A stretch of 64,000 nucleotides of DNA from Minisyncoccota bacterium (lineage in GTDB: Bacteria; Patescibacteriota; Minisyncoccia; Phycocordibacterales; UBA918): positions 151,898 to 215,897 of the forward strand of contig JAWKSQ010000002.1 in assembly GCA_041389045.1 (NCBI GenBank), written 5' to 3'. The position numbers and the translations under genes are program-made. Below, piece after piece: positions 56,135 to 64,000 of the stretch. Every line of letters starts with the position of its first letter. Within the stretch, counting starts at the first letter, position 1. The notes under the pieces were generated by a model. It made no database searches. It saw only the letters and a program-made list of their open reading frames with translations, and was not told the DNA's origin.

Positions 56135-56643
56135 TTAAAGTATGTATTCCTCCAATCTCTTAGCGACTGACTTAGGCGTATCAACCACATCACGTGACCG
56201 AGCTAAGCTACGCTCCAAAACTTCATCATCACTGACCTCAAGATTAAATACCACATAAGACGGTCGATCATTTTCATTGGCAAATCTCATGAAAGAGTTC
56301 AGCTTCATTTGATTTTAGCCACCGCTTCAAACACCACTCTTTCATTCAAACTGACTTACCAAGTGCAGTGTGTCATCCAGTAGGAAGATTCAATCCATAC
56401 TCTGGCATTAAATAACTCGCCTTCATACATATGTTTCATCTTTTTTCACAAACACAGTCTTTGGTAACTGAAATAGCCGTCTTTCCATCGTAACCTCTTA
56501 TTGGACGCATCATTCTGTAGTACAAGAAAGGTGCCACCGTATGAATGACTCAGGCATAGCATTTGCTTGCGTTCCCTTACCAGAGCAATCTTTCCCATCA
56601 GCACAATACTATTACATGGTCCAGTTAAGTCTTTATAGTCCAT
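56135..56643 (-). pseudogene. degraded second adenylate-kinase-like gene
   Basis: The fragments read IVLMGK..SGKGTQ (shifted frame in 56560-56620) and a C-terminal MRFANENDRPSYVVFNLEVSDDEVLERSLARSRDVVDTPKSVAKRLEEYIL* (56135-56290). It has multiple frame breaks. Confidence 0.55.
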
Positions 56644-56703
56644 AATTTCAAGAGGTTAACAGTTTTTTAAAGGCTCTGCAATAGCTTGTGGTATGCTAGG
56701 ACC

Positions 56704-57336
56704 ATGAGTAAAAGACACATTATAACCATCTCCGGCAAACCAGGTAGTGGAAAATCATCGACTGCAGATAAAGTGGCTGAAATGCTTAGTTATACCAGAC
56801 ACTCTTCTGGTGATATGGTGCGCAATATTCTGCAACGAGAGCATATGACTCTCAAAGAATACAATGAACGCGCTCTAGAAGAACACAACCTGGATTCCAG
56901 AATAGACGAGTATTTACGTAACTTACGCAACAAAAATGATATCGTCATCGACTCCAGACTAGGCTTCTACTGGATACCAGAATCATTCAAGGTGTACTTG
57001 GATCTGGATATTCAAGTAGCTACTGTTCGTATCTACAAGGACGCTGTTAGTAACAACATGCGCCTTAAGAGTGGTGAAACAGTCGACTCACTAGACCTGG
57101 TAGCCAAACAAGTAAAAGCCCGTATGGAGACTGAACAAACCAGATTTAAAGACCTCTACAACGTTGACCCTTACAACAAGGTCCACTTCGACTTAGTGAT
57201 TGATACTTCTAGACACAGTCCAGAAACAGTGGCTTTAACTGTTTTTGATACTTACCGCAAATGGCTGAAGACCGACACCTGGAAACAGGTAGTGAGCACC
57301 ATTCCACTCGGTTACTCATTCAAAAACGACTACTAA
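56704..57336 (+). CDS. cytidylate-kinase-like P-loop NMP kinase
   Basis: MSKRHIITISGKPGSGKSSTADKVA. 211 aa. Confidence 0.7.
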   Translation: MSKRHIITISGKPGSGKSSTADKVAEMLSYTRHSSGDMVRNILQREHMTLKEYNERALEEHNLDSRIDEYLRNLRNKNDIVIDSRLGFYWIPESFKVYLDLDIQVATVRIYKDAVSNNMRLKSGETVDSLDLVAKQVKARMETEQTRFKDLYNVDPYNKVHFDLVIDTSRHSPETVALTVFDTYRKWLKTDTWKQVVSTIPLGYSFKNDY

Positions 57337-57344
57337 ACAACAGA

Positions 57345-57373
57345 AAAAGCCCCCTGCAGGGGGCTTTTTCTGT
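57345..57373. terminator. bidirectional terminator
   Basis: aaaaagccccctgcagggggcttttt. Confidence 0.75.
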
Positions 57374-57511
57374 GGTTTAGTAACTTTAAAGTGTGATTTA
57401 GTTTCTTAAGCTACGAGGCGTGACTGAGTAAATTATTGAGCGGTACTTAGATGTACCGTGAAATCATTTACGATGGAAGCAACAAAGTAGATTAAGAAAC
57501 TAAACACACGA

Positions 57512-58784
57512 CTAGGAGTTGCGAAGCGATAGTTGCGCATCAACCCGCCTAATCAAATCCAGTACTACTGACACTACGATCAGTACTGCTGTTCCACCAA
57601 TCGCCAGAGCGGCAATACCGGTTGCTACTTGCATACCAATCGGCAGTACTGCGACCAGTCCAAGGAAGCCAGCGCCCACTAACGTCAGTCTGGTGATAAG
57701 GTTACCTAAATACTCTGAGGTGTGTCCACCTGGGCGAATACCTGGAATAAAGGCACCATTTCTCTGTAAATTCTTAGCAATCGCATCTGGGTCAAAAGTA
57801 ACCGCGGTATAGAAGAAGGTGAACAAGAATACTAGAACGAAGTAAACTCCACCGTAAAGTAGCTGATTAGCCATTAGTTCATTTACCTTCTCAGTTGCAC
57901 CCGCCACCCACGGCAAGTCAAAGGCCGTCAGGATATTGAGGACCATTTGTGGGAAGAGTAAAATAGACAGAGCGAAGATGATTGGAATAACCCCAGCTTG
58001 GTTAAGGCGCAGTGGTAAATATGATGAGCTACCACCATAATTAACCCCTCCTCGACTTTGTTTGGCGTAAGTAATCGGTACTGGTCTTTCTGCTTCAGTC
58101 ATTACTACTACCGCGTAAATAATCGCTAGAGCCACGAAAGCAAAACCGATGTACAGCGGAAGTTGTGTTTGGTCGAAAGAAAACAAGAGCTGACTGAGAG
58201 TTGACGGTAGAGTAGCTACGATACCAGCAAAGATGATAATAGACACACCATTACCAATACCGTATTCAGTCACTAATTCTCCAATCCACATCAAGAGAAT
58301 CGAACCAGCAACAATCAAGACCACGTTGACCATGAAGTCAAAGGTGGTTAATCCAGAGATGACTCCCTGACTCTTGAGTAGAGACAAGAAACCAAAACCT
58401 TGCAGGATAGCTAAAGGTAAAGTAAGGATACGTACCATACTGGGTAAACTTAGCCCGTCCCGCCTCACCTTCTTCGGTGTACATACTTTTGAGCTTTGGT
58501 GACATTACTGTCATCAACTGCATAATGATCGACGCCGTAATAAACGGACCAACTCCCAACATCACGAGTGATAGGTTTGATAAACCACCACCAGAAAAGA
58601 TATTGAGCAAACCAATGAATTGGTTATCGAGTAGAAATTGTTCTAGAACACTTGCATTTACTCCAGGAATTGGAATAGCTGCTAGTAGACGGAAAATAAC
58701 GAGGGCACCTAAAACAAACAGAACACGATTACGAATGGCTGGTTCAGTGAAGATAAGAGTTATTTTATGGAAGAATGTTTGCAT
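57512..58784 (-). pseudogene. secY: preprotein translocase SecY split in two frames, most likely a consensus error
   Basis: 58338-58784 gives the N-terminus (..EGEAGRAKFTQYG). 57512-58468 gives the rest (VRILTLPLAILQGFG...). Deleting one base near 58436-58437 joins them as KFTQYVRILTLPLA. Confidence 0.9.
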
Positions 58785-58800
58785 ATGTACTTATAGTACC

Positions 58801-59253
58801 TTATTTAGCAACTGTCCCACCAGCTTTTTCAATCTTTTCTTTAGCGGTGGCAGACACCTGACAACCCTCAATGGTCAATTTTTTAGTAATTTCACCGGTA
58901 GCTAGTATCTTCACTAGTGGAGCCTTCTTTCGTACTGTGGTCACTACACCCTTAAGCACCAAGGTCTTTGGTGACACTGTGTCGCCAGCAGTAAACGCAA
59001 CTTCGAGCTTTGAGAGATTTACTGGTACAGCTAATACTCTCTCGTTGTTAACGGTTCGAGAACGGTTCTTACCGTGACCACGAAGCTTCGGTAACTTCTT
59101 GATAAAGTCACGCATTTCCGGGCGAGTACTATTACCTGTTCTGGCAGTCTGACCTTTACCTCCACGTCCTGATGTCTTTCCTCTTTTACCTCCACGACCA
59201 ATTCTTTTTGCGGTCTTTTTTGGTGCGGTCGGTTTTAGTTCATGTAACTGCAT
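58801..59253 (-). CDS. rplO: 50S ribosomal protein L15
   Basis: MQLHELKPTAPKKTAKRIGRGGKRGKTSGRGGKGQ. Confidence 0.95.
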   Translation of the reverse strand: MQLHELKPTAPKKTAKRIGRGGKRGKTSGRGGKGQTARTGNSTRPEMRDFIKKLPKLRGHGKNRSRTVNNERVLAVPVNLSKLEVAFTAGDTVSPKTLVLKGVVTTVRKKAPLVKILATGEITKKLTIEGCQVSATAKEKIEKAGGTVAK

Positions 59254-59254
59254 A

Positions 59255-59911
59255 CTAGTTTTTCTTAATTTGCTTTAAGGCTTCAATAGCGGCCCGAGCA
59301 TTGTTAAGTTTGTTCTTACTGCGTGAGAAAATCTTAGCAGTCACGTCTTTCACACCAGCGTGCTCAAGCACAGTACGAACTGAAGATCCAGCCACGATTC
59401 CTCGGCCCGGAGCTGGCATAATCATCACTTCACTAGAAGCATACTTAATGTGTGCATCGTGAAGAATATGACCCTCTTTATTCATTGGTACCACAATCAT
59501 GTTCCGCTTAGCGTCACGAACAGCTTTTTCAATAGCTAATTGTGTGTCACCAGCCTTACCGATACCAACTCCAACCTTACCTCGCTTGTCTCCAATCACG
59601 ATAGCAACCGAGAAACTGAAACGGCGACCTCCAGCCATCACACGAGTAACTCTACGGATACTGATGATTTTCTGATCGAATTCTGGGCGAACGCGCTCTG
59701 GGCGACCACCACGACGTGGACGTCTTTGATTACGTTTATCGGCACTACCTGATCCACGTCGTCCGCGTCCAGTCGGTGCATCATTCGATGCAGTTTCTAC
59801 TGGAGTGTCGGTCGCTGGAACAGCTGGTGCATCGGTAGAAACTGGTGTTGCCACCGCTTCTGTTTCTGACGTTACGTCAGTTGTAGCTTCCTGCTGTTTT
59901 GTTTCTGACAT
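59255..59911 (-). CDS. rpsE: 30S ribosomal protein S5 with a roughly 55-aa T/A/P/E-rich N-terminal extension
   Basis: IISIRRVTRVMAGGRRFSFSVAIVIGD... is the core. The stop is 1 nt before the rplO start, with no L30 gene between. Confidence 0.95.
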   Translation of the reverse strand: MSETKQQEATTDVTSETEAVATPVSTDAPAVPATDTPVETASNDAPTGRGRRGSGSADKRNQRRPRRGGRPERVRPEFDQKIISIRRVTRVMAGGRRFSFSVAIVIGDKRGKVGVGIGKAGDTQLAIEKAVRDAKRNMIVVPMNKEGHILHDAHIKYASSEVMIMPAPGRGIVAGSSVRTVLEHAGVKDVTAKIFSRSKNKLNNARAAIEALKQIKKN

Positions 59912-59985
59912 TGTTATTTGGTTAATTTATTAATTATATTTCTTGGTTGAACTTTCTCCTTCGGAGAAAGTTCAACCAAAGTTCA

Positions 59986-60336
59986 TTAGAACTTAAGTCC
60001 TCCACTTCGAGCGCCTTCAGCTAAAGCTAAGACAGCACCCTGGTAACGGAATCCACCTCGGTCAAATACTACGGCGCTGACGCCGGCTTCTTTGGCTTTA
60101 GTAGCCATATCTACTCCAACGTTTGTCGCTTTCTCAGTAAGAGTTGTACCCTTTTGCTTTCGTGAGTCGCTAGCAGCCAGAGTCTTACCAGCCACATCGT
60201 CGATCAGTTGCGCATACATGTAGCGGTTACTGCGAAAGACACAGAGTCGTGGACGCTCCGCTGTACCAGATACCTTGGCACGAATGCGGTTGTGACGAGA
60301 AACTCTATTGTTTGTTTTATTCTGTGATTTTTCCAT
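59986..60336 (-). CDS. rplR: 50S ribosomal protein L18
   Basis: [34 protein letters not shown]. Confidence 0.95.
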   Translation of the reverse strand: MEKSQNKTNNRVSRHNRIRAKVSGTAERPRLCVFRSNRYMYAQLIDDVAGKTLAASDSRKQKGTTLTEKATNVGVDMATKAKEAGVSAVVFDRGGFRYQGAVLALAEGARSGGLKF

Positions 60337-60348
60337 AGTTCAAGCGGC

Positions 60349-60879
60349 TTACGCGGCCTTCTTACCCTGCTTGCGAATAATGTACTCACCTTGGTACCTG
60401 ATACCCTTTCCTTTGTATGGCTCTGGTTCACGCACTTTTCGCACGTTAGCCGCAAACTGCCCTAGAGCATCCTTATTGGCTGCCACCAAAGTAATCACAC
60501 TCTTCTCAACGGTAGCAGTGATACCTGCTGGAATGTCGAGTGGTACTGGGTGTGAAAATCCTACGTTTAGCACTATTTGATTTCCTTTTACTTCAGCGCG
60601 ATAACCAACTCCTTCGATTTCAAGAATCTTAGTAAAGCCAGTCGTTACTCCTTCAATCATGTTACGAACATGTGAAGCGTAAGTCCCCCACAAAGCTCGC
60701 GCTGATTGGGTCTTACCCGGAGTTAAAGTGATCACACTACCATCAATGGTAATAGTTACATCCTTCTTGATTTCTCTCGTTAAAGTTCCTTTTGGTCCTG
60801 TCACAGTCAAAACACCGGCTTCACACGTTACCGTGACGCCACTTGGGATGTTTACTGGTTGTTTTCCTAGTCTACTCAT
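60349..60879 (-). CDS. rplF: 50S ribosomal protein L6
   Basis: MSRLGKQPVNIPSGVTV... starts at the internal Met of the track ORF. Confidence 0.95.
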   Translation of the reverse strand: MSRLGKQPVNIPSGVTVTCEAGVLTVTGPKGTLTREIKKDVTITIDGSVITLTPGKTQSARALWGTYASHVRNMIEGVTTGFTKILEIEGVGYRAEVKGNQIVLNVGFSHPVPLDIPAGITATVEKSVITLVAANKDALGQFAANVRKVREPEPYKGKGIRYQGEYIIRKQGKKAA

Positions 60880-60880
60880 A

Positions 60881-61273
60881 TTACCAAATGATAAAAAGCT
60901 GCTCACCACCTACATTCTTTGCCTTAGCCTCATCATTTGTGAGGATACCGGCTGGTGTAGAAAGGATAAGATGCCCTTGACCAAACTTTACTGGGTGGAT
61001 AGATGCGACCTTTGTGTACATACGGCGTCCTGGCTTTGAAACTCGCTTCACACCAGAAATGCGGTGTCGTCCGTTTTCATATTTTAGACCAACCACCAAC
61101 TCCTTTTGTACTTTTTTACCTTCTTGTTTTGCGCTCTCAATGTACCCAGCTGCTACTAGCTTGTCAGCTACAGCATGCTTGAGCTTTGAGTATGGTAAAG
61201 AAATTTCCTTCTTACCAACTGCGCCAGCATTCTTGAGGCGGATAATGAAATCGCCAATTGTGTCTCCTACCAT
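60881..61273 (-). CDS. rpsH: 30S ribosomal protein S8
   Basis: [13 protein letters not shown]...GGEQLFIIW. Confidence 0.95.
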   Translation of the reverse strand: MVGDTIGDFIIRLKNAGAVGKKEISLPYSKLKHAVADKLVAAGYIESAKQEGKKVQKELVVGLKYENGRHRISGVKRVSKPGRRMYTKVASIHPVKFGQGHLILSTPAGILTNDEAKAKNVGGEQLFIIW

Positions 61274-61452
61274 GATGATTTCGTTATACCTGGTATATGT
61301 CCCTCATGCGCCAATTCGCGGAAACAAATACGACAGACATCGAAGTCTCTCATATAGCCTCGCTTTCTAGCACATAGCTTGCAACGTCTAACGACGCGGC
61401 TAGCAAACTTTGGTTCGCGCGTTGCGCGAATGATCACTGATTTTCGTGCCAT
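61267..61452 (-). CDS. rpsZ: 30S ribosomal protein S14, type Z (zinc-ribbon form)
   Basis: [61 protein letters not shown], 61 aa with a CxxC...CxxC motif. Confidence 0.9.
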   Translation of the reverse strand: MARKSVIIRATREPKFASRVVRRCKLCARKRGYMRDFDVCRICFRELAHEGHIPGITKSSW

Positions 61453-61714
61453 AAATGAAATAACGAGCGTAGCGACTATATTGAATTTACGTCCCAATTT
61501 CTTCATTCCTAGAAGAAATTGCTGGACGAACAGCCAAATAGCAGCTACACCAATTCATATCTGCTTTTATTTTTTTGGAACAGTATTATGGAGAATCCAT
61601 AACTTGCTCCCTAATAATCGCTTAACCTAGATTAAGCAGCTGAAATATAGACATTTTTGAGTTCATCTATATCTCCGCCTTGCCCGCTACAGTACCAAAA
61701 TGTGGCTTAAAGTC

Positions 61715-61745
61715 AATAGAAAAGACCACCAACTTGCGTTGGTGG
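61715..61745 (-). terminator. terminator of the 200-aa membrane-protein gene
   Basis: The minus strand reads gaccaccaac-gcaa-gttggtggtc followed by TTTT. Confidence 0.6.
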
Positions 61746-61803
61746 TCACACCCGATCATTTGCGCCATGAACCTATCTAATGAACTAACCATCAAGAACA
61801 ATG

Positions 61804-62406
61804 TCACAAAACACGAGCCGGACTGAAATATGAGGCTGTCGCTTCTAAATTGGCACATTTCTGAATAATCTGTGTCCGGCTAAGCCCTGGTATATTTCCA
61901 TCCACATCCTGAGAGTCTGACAACAACCTTTTCATATTCTCATTCGCCCGACGGCGACATTCTGCGGCCAATAACTGTCCTAGAGCAGTGTAGTCATACA
62001 AAGATGCATGGAGCGTTTCCCATTCTTTATTACCAGGTTTATTTGCTAACAAAATTTTCAATATATTATCGACGATCGCCTGCTGAATTGTTCCATCAAT
62101 TTCAGACGTAACCGCTTTTTCATAAGCTACACAATAGGTCCTAAACACATGTATTTGTGTTTTCAAAACACTATTTTCGTGCCACAGTCCAGCAATCAAA
62201 CCACGCGGGTCGTATAGAGACAATCCGCACACAGTTATCACAGCACTGACCCAGATTGCTACTTGCAGGTAATGAAACCAACCTTCTATGTAATCCGGCA
62301 GCCCTGACGGATGGATGTAAGGAGTGAAAAACACAGCAATAGATAGAATTGCCAACCACCAAAAAGCTTTCTTCCATTTACCAAAGATTTCAACGTTGTC
62401 GTACAT
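61804..62406 (-). CDS. hypothetical protein with two N-terminal TM helices and a helical cytoplasmic domain
   Basis: A GGAGA SD and its own terminator. I recognise no family. Confidence 0.55.
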   Translation of the reverse strand: MYDNVEIFGKWKKAFWWLAILSIAVFFTPYIHPSGLPDYIEGWFHYLQVAIWVSAVITVCGLSLYDPRGLIAGLWHENSVLKTQIHVFRTYCVAYEKAVTSEIDGTIQQAIVDNILKILLANKPGNKEWETLHASLYDYTALGQLLAAECRRRANENMKRLLSDSQDVDGNIPGLSRTQIIQKCANLEATASYFSPARVL

Positions 62407-62550
62407 GGTTTTTCTCCAGTTGTGAAGGAACTATGTCCCTTCGAGGTTGTAGGAACATTTTCTTATACCATGAAAAATGGTTCTTTGCAGTAGTCAATAG
62501 AAACGACGCCTAACACAAGGTGTTAGGCGTCGGATTCGATTGAGTTCACC

Positions 62551-63075
62551 TCAAGGAACTGAGGTTGCACTAGCTTTCGTTACCGGCTCCCCAAGAAGAA
62601 CGTTGCGAAAAAAAAGCAATCTTTGCTTCTGTGGTATAGTGCCGTGTTCGGACATGACCGACAGCATAATCGGTAGCGTCACCTGATGTTCTACAAATAA
62701 CGATTGGAGGACCAGTTTAGTTGCGGGGGAAAGTGTTTCAGAAATTCTTTTTTGGTTTCCCCATCGACTAATCACCGCCTTGTCCTTTCCTAGTAAACAG
62801 CCAAATTGTTCAGCTGATAAACCTAGCTTACTATTGACAGTCATAATCGGTACATCAACTATTGAAATGATATGCCAATTTTTAATTGATTCGTCAGCCA
62901 GTAAGCTGAGGGCAATCCTCCACAAATACGGCATTCGCCCAGTGGCAAAATATCTCTGACGTAAACGGTACAAAGATGATGGGACACAATGCAAAATGCT
63001 AGCCAAATCATCGATTACAAAAGTCCCAATTCCAGCAAAAGTAGTGGTTACACTAGTCTGATTGTTTTTGCTCAT
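62551..63075 (-). CDS. putative HTH (XRE-like) DNA-binding protein
   Basis: A GGAGGG SD. The central LGLSAEQFGCLLGKDKAVISRWGNQKR resembles a Cro/CI-type HTH. Confidence 0.5.
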   Translation of the reverse strand: MSKNNQTSVTTTFAGIGTFVIDDLASILHCVPSSLYRLRQRYFATGRMPYLWRIALSLLADESIKNWHIISIVDVPIMTVNSKLGLSAEQFGCLLGKDKAVISRWGNQKRISETLSPATKLVLQSLFVEHQVTLPIMLSVMSEHGTIPQKQRLLFFRNVLLGEPVTKASATSVP

Positions 63076-63141
63076 TTTCCCTCCAGTTTATTTTGGAACA
63101 AAGACCAAACGGTATAAAAACATTTATATAAAGATGAGTCA

Positions 63142-63180
63142 ACATAAAGACCCGCGAGCGACGCTCGCGGGTCTTTATGT
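63142..63180. terminator. 19-bp perfect palindromic hairpin
   Basis: acataaagacccgcgagcg-a-cgctcgcgggtctttatgt followed by TTTT. Confidence 0.6.
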
Positions 63181-63669
63181 TTTGAGTTTAAGTATTTTTA
63201 CTTACCCTTCTCTTCCTCCTTCTTTAAAGGTAGTGTCAAGTTTCTAATTCGCTTACGCTCATAAGAACTTCCTACCCGGACTCAACCGTTTTGGCTTAAT
63301 GGAAAGTCAAAACATGTCTCCGTCTCTTACCGCTGCCGAAAGAAAAACTGTTTCCTTTCTAAAAAGCTTATTCAGCTTTTTTCAGCGGTAAGCCAATATG
63401 ACGCAAAAGCGCTTCAGACTCTTTTCGGTCATTAGTAGTAGTAACGATGGTTACAGCTAGTGAAAAGACGTCTTTGATTTCTTCTTCGTTACACTCAAAA
63501 AGAATTACTACCTCTCACTCTGCTGACCAGATAAGCTCTTCAACTAGATTTATTCCGTGCCCTAGGTCCTTCCTAGGTAAGTTATATCAAGATCCAGATA
63601 TGATAAAACCCCGGACAGTCTTTAACTGTACGACGGGGTCTTGACTCCGCATTGCGCGAAGTCTGTGGT

Positions 63670-63987
63670 CTAGGCTTTGCCGGCGCGGAAGCTGGCAAGG
63701 TAGCCTGCTACGTCAGCGGCTGTCACCTTCGGCTTCTCGGCAAGCTTGCGCTCCAGGTCTGCGATGGTTGCAGCGCTCTCTACACAGCGAGTACGCAGCG
63801 TCGAAACATCTTCCATCTCGGCACGCAGCGTATTGATCTCTTCGATCAAGCCGGCGATCTGCACCATAAGCGCAGGATCGGGCTCGTCGTTGGCCGTACC
63901 ACTGGATACCAAGGACTGGACCTCAGCAGAAGAAGCTGTCTCCAGCTCAGTTACGCGCTCTTTCGCGAGACGAAGGTTGTTCACCAT
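63670..63987 (-). CDS. hypothetical coiled-coil protein that looks GC-richer (105 aa)
   Basis: A GGGAG SD just upstream and G/C-ending codons. The upstream context is cut by the window edge. Confidence 0.45.
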   Translation of the reverse strand: MVNNLRLAKERVTELETASSAEVQSLVSSGTANDEPDPALMVQIAGLIEEINTLRAEMEDVSTLRTRCVESAATIADLERKLAEKPKVTAADVAGYLASFRAGKA

Positions 63988-64000
63988 CGTCTCCCATTTC

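Noticed and set aside
63368-63586. Minus-strand ORF ...GINLVEELIWSAE-TGA-EVVILFECNEEEIKDVFSLAVTIVTTTNDRKESEALLRHIGLPLKKAE*
   Set aside because: It has no start codon, an in-frame TGA and no family I can name. It is probably a degraded gene. It is mentioned only as part of the insertion upstream of rpsZ.

Overview
The window looks like a Patescibacteria/CPR chromosome segment, probably Saccharibacteria-like. It is AT-leaning, has a compact type IV pilus cluster, pairs phosphoketolase with acetate kinase, and has rpsE running straight into rplO with no L30 gene.

Layout:
- 1-9.7 kb: pilus cluster on the minus strand (pilM/N/O-like, pilB, receiver-only response regulator, pilT, pilC, two pilins, pilD, one more pilin cut by the window edge).
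- 9.7-19.7 kb: comF, a rearranged tRNA-Ser locus, a DedA-like protein, a nitroreductase, a Mn/Zn ABC importer with a DtxR-family regulator, and malic enzyme.
- 21.5-34.5 kb: recG, tRNA-Ile(UAU), a MacAB-like efflux operon, an SGNH hydrolase, a ThiF-like E1, ftsH and smpB.
- 34.7-43.1 kb: tmRNA, followed by a decayed accessory tract (VOC, SRPBCC, methyltransferase, MOSC, FMN reductase with HxlR).
- 44-64 kb: an ATL protein, ackA-xfp, a SET-domain protein, infC-rpmI-rplT, ndk, and map-adk-secY-rplO-rpsE-rplR-rplF-rpsH-rpsZ.

Four points stand out:
1. Several short patches that look GC-richer by eye carry unannotatable genes or RNAs with their own promoters and terminators: about 10.4-11.0, 13.9-15.3, 19.8-21.5, 24.0-25.3, 37.3-37.9, 48.1-48.8 and 63.65-64.0 kb.
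2. Many genes are broken by single-base frame changes. These include essential secY as well as recG, pilC, pilD and xfp. Consensus error is the most likely cause for the core genes.
3. There are unusual RNA loci: a tRNA-Ser paralog that hand-folds with anticodon ACU, a tRNA-Ile(UAU), a tmRNA with a weak T-arm and an inverted partial copy, and two promoter-to-terminator structured RNAs of unknown class.
4. The spc ribosomal operon is cut immediately upstream of rpsZ by foreign-looking genes.

I found no CRISPR array, rRNA gene or recognisable transposase. All calls rest on reading the sequence and ORF translations by eye, with no database search.
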